64,000 bases of DNA from a virus (Duplodnaviria > Heunggongvirae > Uroviricota > Caudoviricetes). This document shows, one piece after another, positions 47,234 through 57,633 of the stretch. Positions within the stretch are counted from its first letter, which is position 1; the number at the start of each line of letters is the position of its first letter. The position numbers and the translations under genes are program-made. Where the stretch lies: positions 117,394-181,393 of IMG/VR virus record IMGVR_UViG_3300042997_001281. The stretch is one strand, 5' to 3'. The notes below the pieces were generated by a model, which saw nothing but the letters and a program-made list of their open reading frames with translations, did no database searches and was not told the origin of the DNA.

Positions 47234-48638
47234 GAAACTTGGTGTCATAGTCCCATATAGAGACCGTTATGAACATCTACAAATGTTTAAACAATCAATT
47301 ATACCTTACTTAAAAAATAAAGGAATTGATTTTGAGTTAATTGTAGTTGAACAGGACGATTCTTCTGCATTCAATAGAGGTAAATTATTGAATGTGGGAT
47401 TTTTGTATGCCAAGAAAATTAAATGTGATTATGTTGTTTTCCACGATGTAGACATGTTACCAGTTGATGTTGATTATTCGTATTCTGACATACCAATTCA
47501 AATGGCAACAAACTTTATTGGTGAAACAAATAGGGTAATCTTTGATGGTTACTTCGGTGGGGTAACAATGTTTCCTATTGATTCATTCGAACATATAAAT
47601 GGGTATTCAAATGATTATTGGGGATGGGGTTACGAAGATGATGATTTACTTTTTAGATGTAAAGTAAATGGAGTTCCACTCGACACAAAGAAAATTGAAA
47701 TGAAGGGTGGGAATGTTGCATCTTTAAAATTTAATGGTGTTGATGCATATGTTAAGGGTAACAACTTCTTCAAACAAAGAGAGGAGATGACAATATTCAT
47801 TTCATTCTACCCCGATGAACTAGTTTGTGACTTCGAGGAGAAAAGTGATAAGTATTCATTATTTACCATACCCGGTTATGATTTCACAATTACATATAAC
47901 TCATACTCAAGATACACAGTGGAAATTTTTGATGGAGGTAGAAATATCATATATCAATATTCAAATATAAAAACAAATTATAGAACCAATATTGCGGTAA
48001 CCATTAACCCAACAGATAAGATAATTAAATTTTATCAGGATGGGGATTTGGTTTCACAAGACAAGTTCACCAAATTATACGAGTACACAAAGGAACCACA
48101 TTTTTATTTAGGTGTTGGTAATCCAAATAGAACCCGAGAAAACAATTATTATAGAGGATTAATTAGTTCATTTGCGGTCTTCGATAAAGAATTATCATAT
48201 GCTGAGATAAGGGAAATATCTGACAATCATTATTTTGGTTTAACTCAAAGTTTTGGAAGATATACATCTGATTATGCATTGAAACTTTATTATGATTCAA
48301 AATTCATTAAAGGTTATAAACTTATGGATTTATCTGGTAATGGAAACGATGGGGAAATCATTAATTGTGAGATTGTTGGTAACACCTATGATGAATTCAA
48401 AACAATTGATGTACCATTTAGAAGACAATCAACATTCAAATTATTAACCCACGAAGAAAATGGTTTTGTTAAAGATGGTTGGAGAAGTGACATGACGAGG
48501 TTTAACCAATTAAGATTTTACAATGAAGTAATGAAAGGTTATCGAAACATAAAGGAAGATGGTTTATCCACTTGTAAGTACATTCAACATAGTGTTGCGA
48601 ATGTTGAGAATCAAACAAATATTGTAGTAGGAATATGA
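47226..48638 (+). CDS. GT7 (beta-1,4-galactosyltransferase-like) glycosyltransferase with internal LamG domain
   Basis: VIVPYRDR, FNRGKLLNVG, FHDVD, YFGGV, NGYSN.YWGWGYEDDD; LamG from LKFNG to NCEIV; GT7 tail resumes RRQSTF..H..DGL. Confidence 0.85.
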   Translation: MDKKLGVIVPYRDRYEHLQMFKQSIIPYLKNKGIDFELIVVEQDDSSAFNRGKLLNVGFLYAKKIKCDYVVFHDVDMLPVDVDYSYSDIPIQMATNFIGETNRVIFDGYFGGVTMFPIDSFEHINGYSNDYWGWGYEDDDLLFRCKVNGVPLDTKKIEMKGGNVASLKFNGVDAYVKGNNFFKQREEMTIFISFYPDELVCDFEEKSDKYSLFTIPGYDFTITYNSYSRYTVEIFDGGRNIIYQYSNIKTNYRTNIAVTINPTDKIIKFYQDGDLVSQDKFTKLYEYTKEPHFYLGVGNPNRTRENNYYRGLISSFAVFDKELSYAEIREISDNHYFGLTQSFGRYTSDYALKLYYDSKFIKGYKLMDLSGNGNDGEIINCEIVGNTYDEFKTIDVPFRRQSTFKLLTHEENGFVKDGWRSDMTRFNQLRFYNEVMKGYRNIKEDGLSTCKYIQHSVANVENQTNIVVGI

Positions 48639-50065
48639 CACATAAATTAGGGATTTGTATCCCATATAGAAACAGACAAGAACACCTCGATAGGTTGGTA
48701 CCACATTTAAGTAACTACCTAAATGAAAGAGGTATTGAACATAAATTTTACGTTGGTCATCAGGTGGATGATAATCTATTCAATAGGGGTATGATGAAAA
48801 ACATTGCGGCCAAATTCGCATTTGACGATGGTTGTGATTATATTGCATGGCACGATGTTGATATGTTAGCATATACCAAACATATGGATACGTTACCCGA
48901 TTATTCATATCCGAAAGACAACCCAATCCATATCGCAACAAAACTATCCAAATATCAATATGGATTAGGTTATGACCAATATTTCGGAGGGGTTGTTTTG
49001 TTTACCAAAGAACATGTTGAAAGAACAAATGGATATTCAAACGAGTATTGGGATTGGGGTCAAGAGGATGATGATTTGTTTTGGAGATGTTATTTTGAAA
49101 ATTACACCACCGGTAAAATACACAAAAAAATAAACAACAAACGAGTTGCCAAATTTAATGGTGAAAACTCATCGATTAAAATATTATCTAACAGGGAAAG
49201 TAATTCTTGTTTACATAATGACCATACAATAACAATCATTTTTAATGCCGAGCAACAAGACGAAAAGACACCAATTTGGTTAGTTGGGGATAAGAATAGA
49301 AAATTTATAGAATACCCATTATTGAGAAAAGATGGTAGTGGTACTTGGGGGATTTCATTTAATAATTCAAGAGCAGTAACCGCAACTCTATTCGATAAGT
49401 CAAATCAATTCAATTACAATTGGGCCAAGAGATTTGAAAATCTATGGACACAAGTGACTCTTTCTTACAATAGTGAGGAGAAAAATATGTACTTTTACAT
49501 AAACGATGAATTAATCTCTCAGATGGACGGTATTAAACAAAACATACCATTTCCCATATCTGGAGATTTAAGGTCACACACATCAATTAAACCGTTTCTA
49601 ATTGGATTCTGCGGTCAATCAAACACCCACTATAAAGGTAAAATTGCGGACATAAAGATATATAACAGATTTTTTGATGATATCACTAAAATGGAAGATG
49701 ATGTAGATAGTTTAGTTTTAGATTGTAACTTTACAAAGGAAATAGATGGAGACATAAATAACATTTTATTTGAGGATGAGGATATTGAAATTATTGAAAA
49801 TATTATCCCATACAGAAGGGAAGGTTCATTCCAATGCCTTCAACATGAAGATGAGGGATTCGTTAATGGAGGATGGGTGAAGGGTGAGACCACGGCGAGA
49901 AATGAAAAAAGATTTGTTACCGAAATGCAACAAAGAAAAATAGACTATAAAAATGATGGATTCAATCAAATTATGGACAATTTAACGATTCAAAATATTG
50001 AAGAAAATCCTTATAATTACAACAACACTAAGATAATAAACGTAAAAACAAATGGACCGAAATAA
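48635..50065 (+). CDS. Second GT7 glycosyltransferase with internal LamG domain
   Basis: IPYRNR, FNRG, WHDVD, YFGGV, NGYSNEYWDWGQEDDD; LamG AKFNG..W.QVTL..YKGKIAD; tail RREGSF..H..DGF. Confidence 0.85.
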   Translation: MTHKLGICIPYRNRQEHLDRLVPHLSNYLNERGIEHKFYVGHQVDDNLFNRGMMKNIAAKFAFDDGCDYIAWHDVDMLAYTKHMDTLPDYSYPKDNPIHIATKLSKYQYGLGYDQYFGGVVLFTKEHVERTNGYSNEYWDWGQEDDDLFWRCYFENYTTGKIHKKINNKRVAKFNGENSSIKILSNRESNSCLHNDHTITIIFNAEQQDEKTPIWLVGDKNRKFIEYPLLRKDGSGTWGISFNNSRAVTATLFDKSNQFNYNWAKRFENLWTQVTLSYNSEEKNMYFYINDELISQMDGIKQNIPFPISGDLRSHTSIKPFLIGFCGQSNTHYKGKIADIKIYNRFFDDITKMEDDVDSLVLDCNFTKEIDGDINNILFEDEDIEIIENIIPYRREGSFQCLQHEDEGFVNGGWVKGETTARNEKRFVTEMQQRKIDYKNDGFNQIMDNLTIQNIEENPYNYNNTKIINVKTNGPK

Positions 50066-51452
50066 CATAAAAGAAGAATTAAATAAGGTTGGTTGCGGGT
50101 TCTGTCTTGCGAAATGGACACAAGTAACCATACACTTACAATTGGGTAGAACACACTCATGTCACCACCCCGATACTCACGTTATCCCTTTATCCGAATT
50201 GAAAAGGAACCCCTCTGCTCTACACAATACTAAATTTAAAAAAGAGAAAAGAAAGGAAATGTTAGAGGGCGGTAGACCAACAGAATGTGCTTATTGTTGG
50301 AATGTAGAAGATAATTCAGACCAACATTCGGATAGGATATTTAAATCAGCCGAACCATGGTCATTACCACTTTTAGATGATATTAAAAAATCAGATTGGA
50401 GAGAAGATTTTAACCCTCGTTACGTTGAGGTTGCATTTTCAAACACATGTAATTTTAAATGTTCGTACTGCGGTCCGTCATTTTCATCACAGTGGGTTCA
50501 AGAAATTGAACGTCACGGAGCATACCCAACAACTACTAACTTTAATGGGTTAGATTATTTAAAGAAAGAAAATAGAATGCCATTTAAGGCAACGGAACCA
50601 AACCCATATGTTGATGCATTTTGGGAGTGGTGGCCCGAATTATATCGAGACTTAGATACTTTTAGAATCACTGGTGGTGAGCCATTATTATCTAAGGATA
50701 CATGGGGTGTTTTAGATTATATAATCGAACAAAAAGAACCAAATAGAAATCTACACTTGGCTATTAATAGTAACTTAGGTGTACCAGATAATTTAATTGA
50801 TAAACTAATTGAGAAAATCAATATAATCGAGGACCAACGAAGAGTAAAAGACTTTGTTATTTTCACCTCAGTTGATGGTTGGGGTGAACACGCCGAATAC
50901 GGTAGACACGGATTAGTGTTTAACAAATTTTGGGATAACTTAAATAAAATACTTACTAAATGTCCTACTGTGACAATTGGTATTATGAGCACCTATAATG
51001 CACTGTCAGTATTAAGTTATGATAAATTGATTAGTGGTGTTTACGACCTTAAAAAGGAATACGCATCAACACAAAGAGCATGGACCACACCAGTTTCTTT
51101 AGATTCATCATTCTTGAGGTATCCGTTACATCAAACTGTACAAGTTTTACCACATAATTTTAGTGGTTTAGTAAAGGGTCATGGGGATTTAATGGAATCA
51201 TATGAAGAAGTATTTCATGTTGGGTTAAATAAAGAGGGGGTTAGTTACGGTTTTACACAAATGGAAATCCCAAAAATTAAGAGAATTTATGATTGGATGA
51301 TTTCACCACAGGATGATTATCGTCAAATGATAAATCGTAGAGATTTTTATAGGTTCTTTAATGAACATGATATAAGAAGAGGAACTAACTTCTGTAAAAC
51401 ATTCCCCGAATATGAGGAGTTTTATAATTTTTGTAAAACAATTGTGATTTAA
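50052..51452 (+). CDS. Radical SAM protein with N-terminal twitch/SPASM-like cluster
   Basis: CNFKCSYC, ITGGEPLL; N-terminal C.AKW..SCHH..CAYCW. Confidence 0.85.
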   Translation: MDRNNIKEELNKVGCGFCLAKWTQVTIHLQLGRTHSCHHPDTHVIPLSELKRNPSALHNTKFKKEKRKEMLEGGRPTECAYCWNVEDNSDQHSDRIFKSAEPWSLPLLDDIKKSDWREDFNPRYVEVAFSNTCNFKCSYCGPSFSSQWVQEIERHGAYPTTTNFNGLDYLKKENRMPFKATEPNPYVDAFWEWWPELYRDLDTFRITGGEPLLSKDTWGVLDYIIEQKEPNRNLHLAINSNLGVPDNLIDKLIEKINIIEDQRRVKDFVIFTSVDGWGEHAEYGRHGLVFNKFWDNLNKILTKCPTVTIGIMSTYNALSVLSYDKLISGVYDLKKEYASTQRAWTTPVSLDSSFLRYPLHQTVQVLPHNFSGLVKGHGDLMESYEEVFHVGLNKEGVSYGFTQMEIPKIKRIYDWMISPQDDYRQMINRRDFYRFFNEHDIRRGTNFCKTFPEYEEFYNFCKTIVI

Positions 51453-52882
51453 TGAAAGATATTGAGATAAATGTCGCATATTCCGAAATTTTGGTTTATA
51501 CGGAAGACAATAGAATTCTATACCCCAACTCAAATGTTGCGAAGTACGATATCCACCCATGGCACACCGCTAAATTTGATAAAATACATGAAATTGAGGA
51601 GGAACTTGGTATTAAATTTCCATATAGATTAAAGTCCGAAGATTCTAATGAGTTAAGGATGTATTTGTGTAAATTTTATAGTCAAAATTTTGAAGGTTTA
51701 CTGGATAACACATATGGTAATTTTAAAGTATTTTCTTTAGATGAAATATACGAAACCGATAAAAGTTTTGTTTACCCAATTGTGTTATATAACAATGACT
51801 TATTTTTAAAATACCCAACAATAGATTTAGATGATAAATTAGTTGAATGTATTAAAAATAAAAGAGCAAGATTGTGTATTATACAGGCAACAGAGGGATT
51901 TTTTGGACAAAATATGAACGATTATGTATGGGTTTCAAATTTATCAACTAAATATGATTTCAATAAAGATGATGTAATCGTTATCACGTCTAATTTCTTG
52001 ACTACTAATAGATATTCAAAATTACTTAATGACGGGTTAATCCGAGACAATTTTACTATACACCCATACTCATATTTTCAACACAGTCTTTGGTTTCATG
52101 ACGGTGGTAGAATTTTAATGGATGAAACAAAAGAAAAAATGAGAGAAAACTTTAATTGGTATTTACAAAATAATAAAACCACTAAAAAAGAATTTCATTT
52201 TTTATCTTTTAATAGGGTTACTAAACCACATAGACTGGTTATGTTTGCTGAATTATCTTCAAATGAAAAATTAATAGGTAAATCAATTAAATCTTTAGGT
52301 GCTTCACAAAATAAGTTCCACCATGAATTTTTTAACATATTAAATGCAACTTTAGGCGAGTATTATGTTCATTCAAAGAAAAGACTATTAGATTTTTATA
52401 ACACATACGATTCATCAAAACATTACGTGTACGATGAAAATGATTTAGAAAATAACAAAGCGGCCAATTTGAGTAAAGGAGCGCATAGTACCACTTTTGT
52501 AAATGTGGTTACAGAATCTCTAATTGATGAAGGTTCAATATTTTATTCTGAAAAGACATACAAACCAATGTATACGTGTCAACCATTCATTATTGTTGGT
52601 AACCCATACTCAATTAAAAAATTAAAAGAGTTGGGGTTCAAAACATTTGACAAATGGTGGGATGAAAGTTATGACAATGAGACCAATTATACGAAAAGAA
52701 TGGACATGATTACCAGTGTAATGGAGGAAATTGCATCGTGGGATATGGATAAATGTTATCAGGTAACCCAAGAAATGGAAGAAGTATTAATTCATAATTT
52801 TAATAATATGATTAGTAATCATGAGGTTATTAAACTTTTCACAGTACTTGAAAACAAAAAGATATCAAATAGATTAATATGA
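51452..52882 (+). CDS. Putative GT-B-like glycosyltransferase (exostosin/GT10-like C-terminus)
   Basis: FLSFNR..PHR, VNVVTES, YSEKTYKP..PFIIVG..LKELGFKTFDKWWDESYD. Confidence 0.5.
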   Translation: MKDIEINVAYSEILVYTEDNRILYPNSNVAKYDIHPWHTAKFDKIHEIEEELGIKFPYRLKSEDSNELRMYLCKFYSQNFEGLLDNTYGNFKVFSLDEIYETDKSFVYPIVLYNNDLFLKYPTIDLDDKLVECIKNKRARLCIIQATEGFFGQNMNDYVWVSNLSTKYDFNKDDVIVITSNFLTTNRYSKLLNDGLIRDNFTIHPYSYFQHSLWFHDGGRILMDETKEKMRENFNWYLQNNKTTKKEFHFLSFNRVTKPHRLVMFAELSSNEKLIGKSIKSLGASQNKFHHEFFNILNATLGEYYVHSKKRLLDFYNTYDSSKHYVYDENDLENNKAANLSKGAHSTTFVNVVTESLIDEGSIFYSEKTYKPMYTCQPFIIVGNPYSIKKLKELGFKTFDKWWDESYDNETNYTKRMDMITSVMEEIASWDMDKCYQVTQEMEEVLIHNFNNMISNHEVIKLFTVLENKKISNRLI

Positions 52883-53667
52883 AAACTTTAGGTGTTTGTG
52901 GTGATAGTTTTATGTCTGCAATTTCATTTAATGAAAATGATTTAGATAATGGTTACGGTAAACATTTTACTGAGTTACTGGGAGAAAAACTTGGGTGGAA
53001 TGTCGTAACCTATGCTCGAGGTGGATGTAGTAATCAAACTATTCGTTTACAAATCGATGAGATTATAAAACACAAACCCGATTTGGTGATTATTGGTCTA
53101 ACCTCACCAGATAGATTTGAATACCCAATATACGACTTAACGACTGAAGATTATTTTGATAAATTTAAAGAGGAATTTAAAACAAATATGTACGAACCAA
53201 ACAATGGACTATATAACATAGATTATGTTGGGTTTCCCGATAAGAGTTCGGAACATGGGGGATTCGGAGTGATAACACCTAAGATGATTAGTGAAACATT
53301 AAATAACTTTTTTTGGGGTAACCAATCTAAGGAGACACTTAACAAATCTGAGGTTAGAATTTTAGAAGAATGGTTTGATAGATTCTACGACTTCAATTGG
53401 AAAGCACAACAGGACTCTTGGATTGTTGCCAATGGGTTAAGAAAGTTGTTAGATAACGGAATTGAATTCTATTGTATAAACACAAATCTATATTCAAATG
53501 AGTTTGAATTTTTTGGTGATAGAATGATAATGTTAGATTCTAAACTAAACCCGTGGACATATCGGGGAAGTGACCCATCAATTAAATATAGATTCCACAC
53601 CACATTAGAGTATCAGGAACAATTATCAAACAATTGGTTTGAACACATAAATAAAAAATTAATATAA
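52879..53667 (+). CDS. SGNH/GDSL-like hydrolase or acyltransferase
   Basis: VCGDSF, ARGGCSN, C-terminal H. Confidence 0.55.
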   Translation: MKTLGVCGDSFMSAISFNENDLDNGYGKHFTELLGEKLGWNVVTYARGGCSNQTIRLQIDEIIKHKPDLVIIGLTSPDRFEYPIYDLTTEDYFDKFKEEFKTNMYEPNNGLYNIDYVGFPDKSSEHGGFGVITPKMISETLNNFFWGNQSKETLNKSEVRILEEWFDRFYDFNWKAQQDSWIVANGLRKLLDNGIEFYCINTNLYSNEFEFFGDRMIMLDSKLNPWTYRGSDPSIKYRFHTTLEYQEQLSNNWFEHINKKLI

Positions 53668-54398
53668 TGAATAAGAAAACACTAATTGCCAGTGGATGTA
53701 GTTTCACATTTGAACCATGGAATTGGCCAACATTTGTATGTAATGAAATGGATTACAATTTGGTTAATGTTGGGATGGCATCACAGGGTAACGGATTAAT
53801 TTCTAAAAAAGTAATATACCAAGTAGATAAATTATTAGAGACACACAAACCTGAAGACATTATTGTTGGTGTCATGTGGAGTGGTATTGACCGACACGAT
53901 TTTTACACTGAAGATTCAAAAAGAATATCAAACATTAATGGATGGATTGAAAACCCAACTAATGTTGTTGACGGTAGAAAAAATTGGGTTATAACTAACT
54001 ATATGTGGGACATACCCCAAGCAAAGATTTGGTACGAAAATCTACATACATATGTTGGTTCAATGTTAATGACCATGCAAAATATATTAATGGTGCAATG
54101 GTATTTGGAACGTAAAGGTATCAAATATTTTATGTCATCATATTTGGATATTTTCCATGCAAATGGCGCAGACACTTTGATATCACATCCCGAAGTAAAA
54201 TATCTATTTGATATGGTTGATTTTAGTAAGTTCCTCCCCGTGAGTGGTTGTCATGAATGGGTTAAAGAGAACTACAACGAATTAGGATTTGATGGACATG
54301 TTGGTTATGAACATAGAGGTATACACCCAACTGAGTTTGGACATAAAAAGTTTTCGGAAGAAGTAATTGTTCCGTATTTAAAAAATAACGTATTATGA
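53667..54398 (+). CDS. SGNH/GDSL-like hydrolase or acyltransferase
   Basis: ASGCSFT, NVGMASQGN, HPTEFGH. Confidence 0.55.
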   Translation: MNKKTLIASGCSFTFEPWNWPTFVCNEMDYNLVNVGMASQGNGLISKKVIYQVDKLLETHKPEDIIVGVMWSGIDRHDFYTEDSKRISNINGWIENPTNVVDGRKNWVITNYMWDIPQAKIWYENLHTYVGSMLMTMQNILMVQWYLERKGIKYFMSSYLDIFHANGADTLISHPEVKYLFDMVDFSKFLPVSGCHEWVKENYNELGFDGHVGYEHRGIHPTEFGHKKFSEEVIVPYLKNNVL

Positions 54399-55534
54399 AA
54401 ATAGGATTTATCGGAGTTGGAAAACTCGGAAAAGATGTGGGGGAAGTAATGGCGGAGAAACACTTTGTTGAGGGTTACGATGTTAGAGAAGTGACTCCCA
54501 CTAATTTTAAAATGGTATCAACCATAAAAGAAGTGTGTAACGGTAAAGATTTAATCTTTATTGCGGTACCCACACCCCATGACCCATTATATGATGGTAG
54601 CCACCCAACATCACATCTAACCCCAAAGGATTTTGATTACACGACAGTAAAGAACATCTTAGATGAAATAAACGATTACACAACCAAAGAACAATTGGTT
54701 GTTTTAATTTCAACAGTTCTACCGGGAACAACTCGTAGAGAGTTCATTCCACTTGTTAAGAATTATCGATTCATTTACAACCCATATCTTATTGCCATGG
54801 GTACCGTAAAAAACGATATGGTAAATCCTGAAATGGTTATCATTGGGACTGAGGATGGTTCAGAAACAACCGATGCGAAAATACTGAGAGATTTTTACGA
54901 AACACTCATCACACCGTGGACTCGTTATGAAATTGGTACGTGGGATGATGCTGAGGCAATTAAAATATTTTATAATACATTCATATCCGCAAAGATTTCA
55001 TTGGTCAATATGATTCAGGATGTTGCGGAAAAGAATGGTAATATGGATACCGATATTGTAACGGGTGCGTTGGAAAGAAGTACCTACCGCATTACGGGTC
55101 CCGCGTATATGAAGGCGGGATTAGGTGATGGAGGTTCGTGTCACCCTCGCGACAATATTGCATTAAGATACATGGCAAAAGAATTAGATTTAGGTTATGA
55201 CCTTTTTGATTCAATTATGTTGTCGAGAGAAATACAGGCAAAGAACATGGCAAATAGATTAATTGACCTTTCTGTTGAACATTCTTTACCTGTGGTTATT
55301 ATGGGTAAGAGTTACAAACCCGGTGTTGAATATATTGATGGTTCATATTCATTACTTATTGGTAGTTTTATTATGGAAGTTGAATATGACACTATTAACA
55401 AACCCGCTATTTATTTATTAGGACATAGAAATGTTTTTAATGGAACAGAATTTCCAATGGGTAGTATTGTTTTAGACCCATGGAGAGAAAGAGTACATAA
55501 AGATACAATCTACTACGGTAAAAGAATTAAATAA
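54395..55534 (+). CDS. ugd: UDP-glucose/GDP-mannose 6-dehydrogenase
   Basis: GFIGVGKLG Rossmann, FIAVPTP, ISTVLPGTT, YNPY, K..YNTF, GDGGSCHPRD catalytic Cys. Confidence 0.85.
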   Translation: MKIGFIGVGKLGKDVGEVMAEKHFVEGYDVREVTPTNFKMVSTIKEVCNGKDLIFIAVPTPHDPLYDGSHPTSHLTPKDFDYTTVKNILDEINDYTTKEQLVVLISTVLPGTTRREFIPLVKNYRFIYNPYLIAMGTVKNDMVNPEMVIIGTEDGSETTDAKILRDFYETLITPWTRYEIGTWDDAEAIKIFYNTFISAKISLVNMIQDVAEKNGNMDTDIVTGALERSTYRITGPAYMKAGLGDGGSCHPRDNIALRYMAKELDLGYDLFDSIMLSREIQAKNMANRLIDLSVEHSLPVVIMGKSYKPGVEYIDGSYSLLIGSFIMEVEYDTINKPAIYLLGHRNVFNGTEFPMGSIVLDPWRERVHKDTIYYGKRIK

Positions 55535-57204
55535 TGTACGTAATTGGTATATCATCATATTATCATGACTCATCTGTCTGTTTGTTCAAAAATGGGGAGT
55601 TGGTTTTTGCATGTGAAGAAGAAAAATTCACAGGGGTAAAACATGATTATAGATTTCCAGTTAATACGTTACAATACATCTACAAAAAATATAACATCAA
55701 AAAGAAAGATGTTGAAATGATTTGTTATTATGAAGACCCAAAAATTAAACTTGAGAGAGTTAAAAATACATTCTTCAGAAATTTTATTGAGCGTCCAATA
55801 TATGTTGCCAAAACCCTAATAAGAACCAAATACAATTATTGGTCATTAGAAAGAGAGTTGAGAAAGTTATCAGACAATATCTTCTACTCAAAACATCACG
55901 ATTCACATTTATATTATTCATATTACACATCACCATTTAAAGATTGTGTTGTCTTATCGGTAGACGGTGTTGGTGAGAAGGAAACATTATCGGCCGCATA
56001 TGTGAATAAAGATTCATTTAAGATTATACCACTGGCGGTTTACCCACATTCAATTGGTTTATTCTATTCTGCAATGACATCGTTCCTTGGATTTAAACCA
56101 AACGAAGGTGAATATAAAATGATGGGACTTGCATCTTACGGGGACCCCGAACCATATAGAGATAAGATTGATAAGTTGGTGATACACAATTGTGTGTCGT
56201 TAAAAACAAATATGATTTATTTCACATGGGATAGAGATGACCTAATGTTCAACGAAGATTTGATTGAATTAATGGGTGTTGAAAATAGATTACCCGAAGA
56301 AGATATAACACAGGAACATAAAAACATTGCAGCATCCGTTCAAGAAAAGTATGAACACGTATTATTTGAGATTTTAAAGGATGTTCACTTATTCAGTGAT
56401 TCAAAAAATCTTGCATTGGCCGGTGGATGCGCATACAACGGAACCGCAAATGGGAAAATAAAAGAAAATACTGACTTTAAAAACGTGTGGGTCCCACCAG
56501 CACCATCTGACGCGGGTTCTTGTATTGGTGCATGTTTAAATTACTTTCATCAAAAGAAAACACCCGTTAGGGTTCACACGAATCCTTTTTTAGGTCCATC
56601 ATACTCAAATGAGGAAATTCTTGACGTGTTAAAAAACACAAATGGGATAACTTATAAAAGATATGAAACGATTACATCAGTTCATGATAAAATTGCGATG
56701 GAATTAAAAAGAAACAAGATAGTTGGGTGGTTTCAAGGTAAGATTGAATTTGGTTCTAGAGCGTTAGGTCATAGGTCAATATTGGCGAACCCGACTTCAC
56801 CTAATATGAAGGATAGAATCAACAAAGTAATCAAAAAAAGAGAAGGGTTTAGACCCTTTGCCCCAATGGTATTGTTTGAATCACAAAAGAAATACTTTAA
56901 AAGTGGTGATTTCATTCCCTATATGAACCAAGTGGTAGAGGTGGAAGAAAAATATATCGATAAACTACCGGCGGTGGTTCATGTAGATGGGACGGCAAGA
57001 ATTCAATCCGTTATACCGTACAATGACATATACCACCTATTAAAAAAGTTTGAAATCATAACAGGGTATCCAATATTACTTAACACATCTTTTAATATTA
57101 AAGATAAAACTATGGTACTCACCCCACAAGATGCGGTAGAGACATTTTTGGATACCGAAATAGATATATTGGTGATTAATAACTACATAATAACAAAAAA
57201 ATGA
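55534..57204 (+). CDS. Carbamoyltransferase (NodU/CmcH/TobZ family)
   Basis: YHDSS, EEEKFTGVKH, HHDSH, DGVGE, GEYKMMGLA, AGGCAYN, EFGSRALGHRSILA, REGFRPFAP, HVDGTARIQ, LNTSFN. Confidence 0.93.
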   Translation: MYVIGISSYYHDSSVCLFKNGELVFACEEEKFTGVKHDYRFPVNTLQYIYKKYNIKKKDVEMICYYEDPKIKLERVKNTFFRNFIERPIYVAKTLIRTKYNYWSLERELRKLSDNIFYSKHHDSHLYYSYYTSPFKDCVVLSVDGVGEKETLSAAYVNKDSFKIIPLAVYPHSIGLFYSAMTSFLGFKPNEGEYKMMGLASYGDPEPYRDKIDKLVIHNCVSLKTNMIYFTWDRDDLMFNEDLIELMGVENRLPEEDITQEHKNIAASVQEKYEHVLFEILKDVHLFSDSKNLALAGGCAYNGTANGKIKENTDFKNVWVPPAPSDAGSCIGACLNYFHQKKTPVRVHTNPFLGPSYSNEEILDVLKNTNGITYKRYETITSVHDKIAMELKRNKIVGWFQGKIEFGSRALGHRSILANPTSPNMKDRINKVIKKREGFRPFAPMVLFESQKKYFKSGDFIPYMNQVVEVEEKYIDKLPAVVHVDGTARIQSVIPYNDIYHLLKKFEIITGYPILLNTSFNIKDKTMVLTPQDAVETFLDTEIDILVINNYIITKK

Positions 57205-57314
57205 AAATAATACAGTGGATTAAAGGAATTTGGTTAGACTATAAACGGAAGAAGAAATTCAGGGAAAAACTAAGGGAATTAAAGAAAAGAGACCCTTTTA
57301 CCTACAATCATTAG
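57201..57314 (+). CDS. 37-aa basic micropeptide coupled to the carbamoyltransferase; not in the ORF track
   Basis: MKIIQWIKGIWLDYKRKKKFREKLRELKKRDPFTYNH; 4-nt overlap with the upstream stop. Confidence 0.5.
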   Translation: MKIIQWIKGIWLDYKRKKKFREKLRELKKRDPFTYNH

Positions 57315-57354
57315 TTTTTTTTATTTATATTCTAATCAAAAGATATTTACATAT

Positions 57355-57633
57355 ATGGACTTAAAAGACATTTTTAATTCGTGGTTGAGTTCATTCAACC
57401 CAACAGACATTCAACGAAATATGTCCAAAGAGAGGATTGCGATTTGTGCGGAATGTCCATCATTAAATAGAAGATTAAACATAAATCAGGATTGGGCCGC
57501 GTACTGTGGAGAATGTGGATGTCCGATTAATAAAAAGGTATTCAGTATGATTCACAATTCATGTCCATTGGCAAAATGGGGTGAGGTTGATGAAAAATAC
57601 CTACCAACAAAGAAAAATACTACATTAATATAA
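57355..57633 (+). CDS. Small Cys-rich Zn-binding protein (DUF6171-like)
   Basis: RIAICAECP..CGECGCPINKK..CPLAKW. Confidence 0.6.
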   Translation: MDLKDIFNSWLSSFNPTDIQRNMSKERIAICAECPSLNRRLNINQDWAAYCGECGCPINKKVFSMIHNSCPLAKWGEVDEKYLPTKKNTTLI

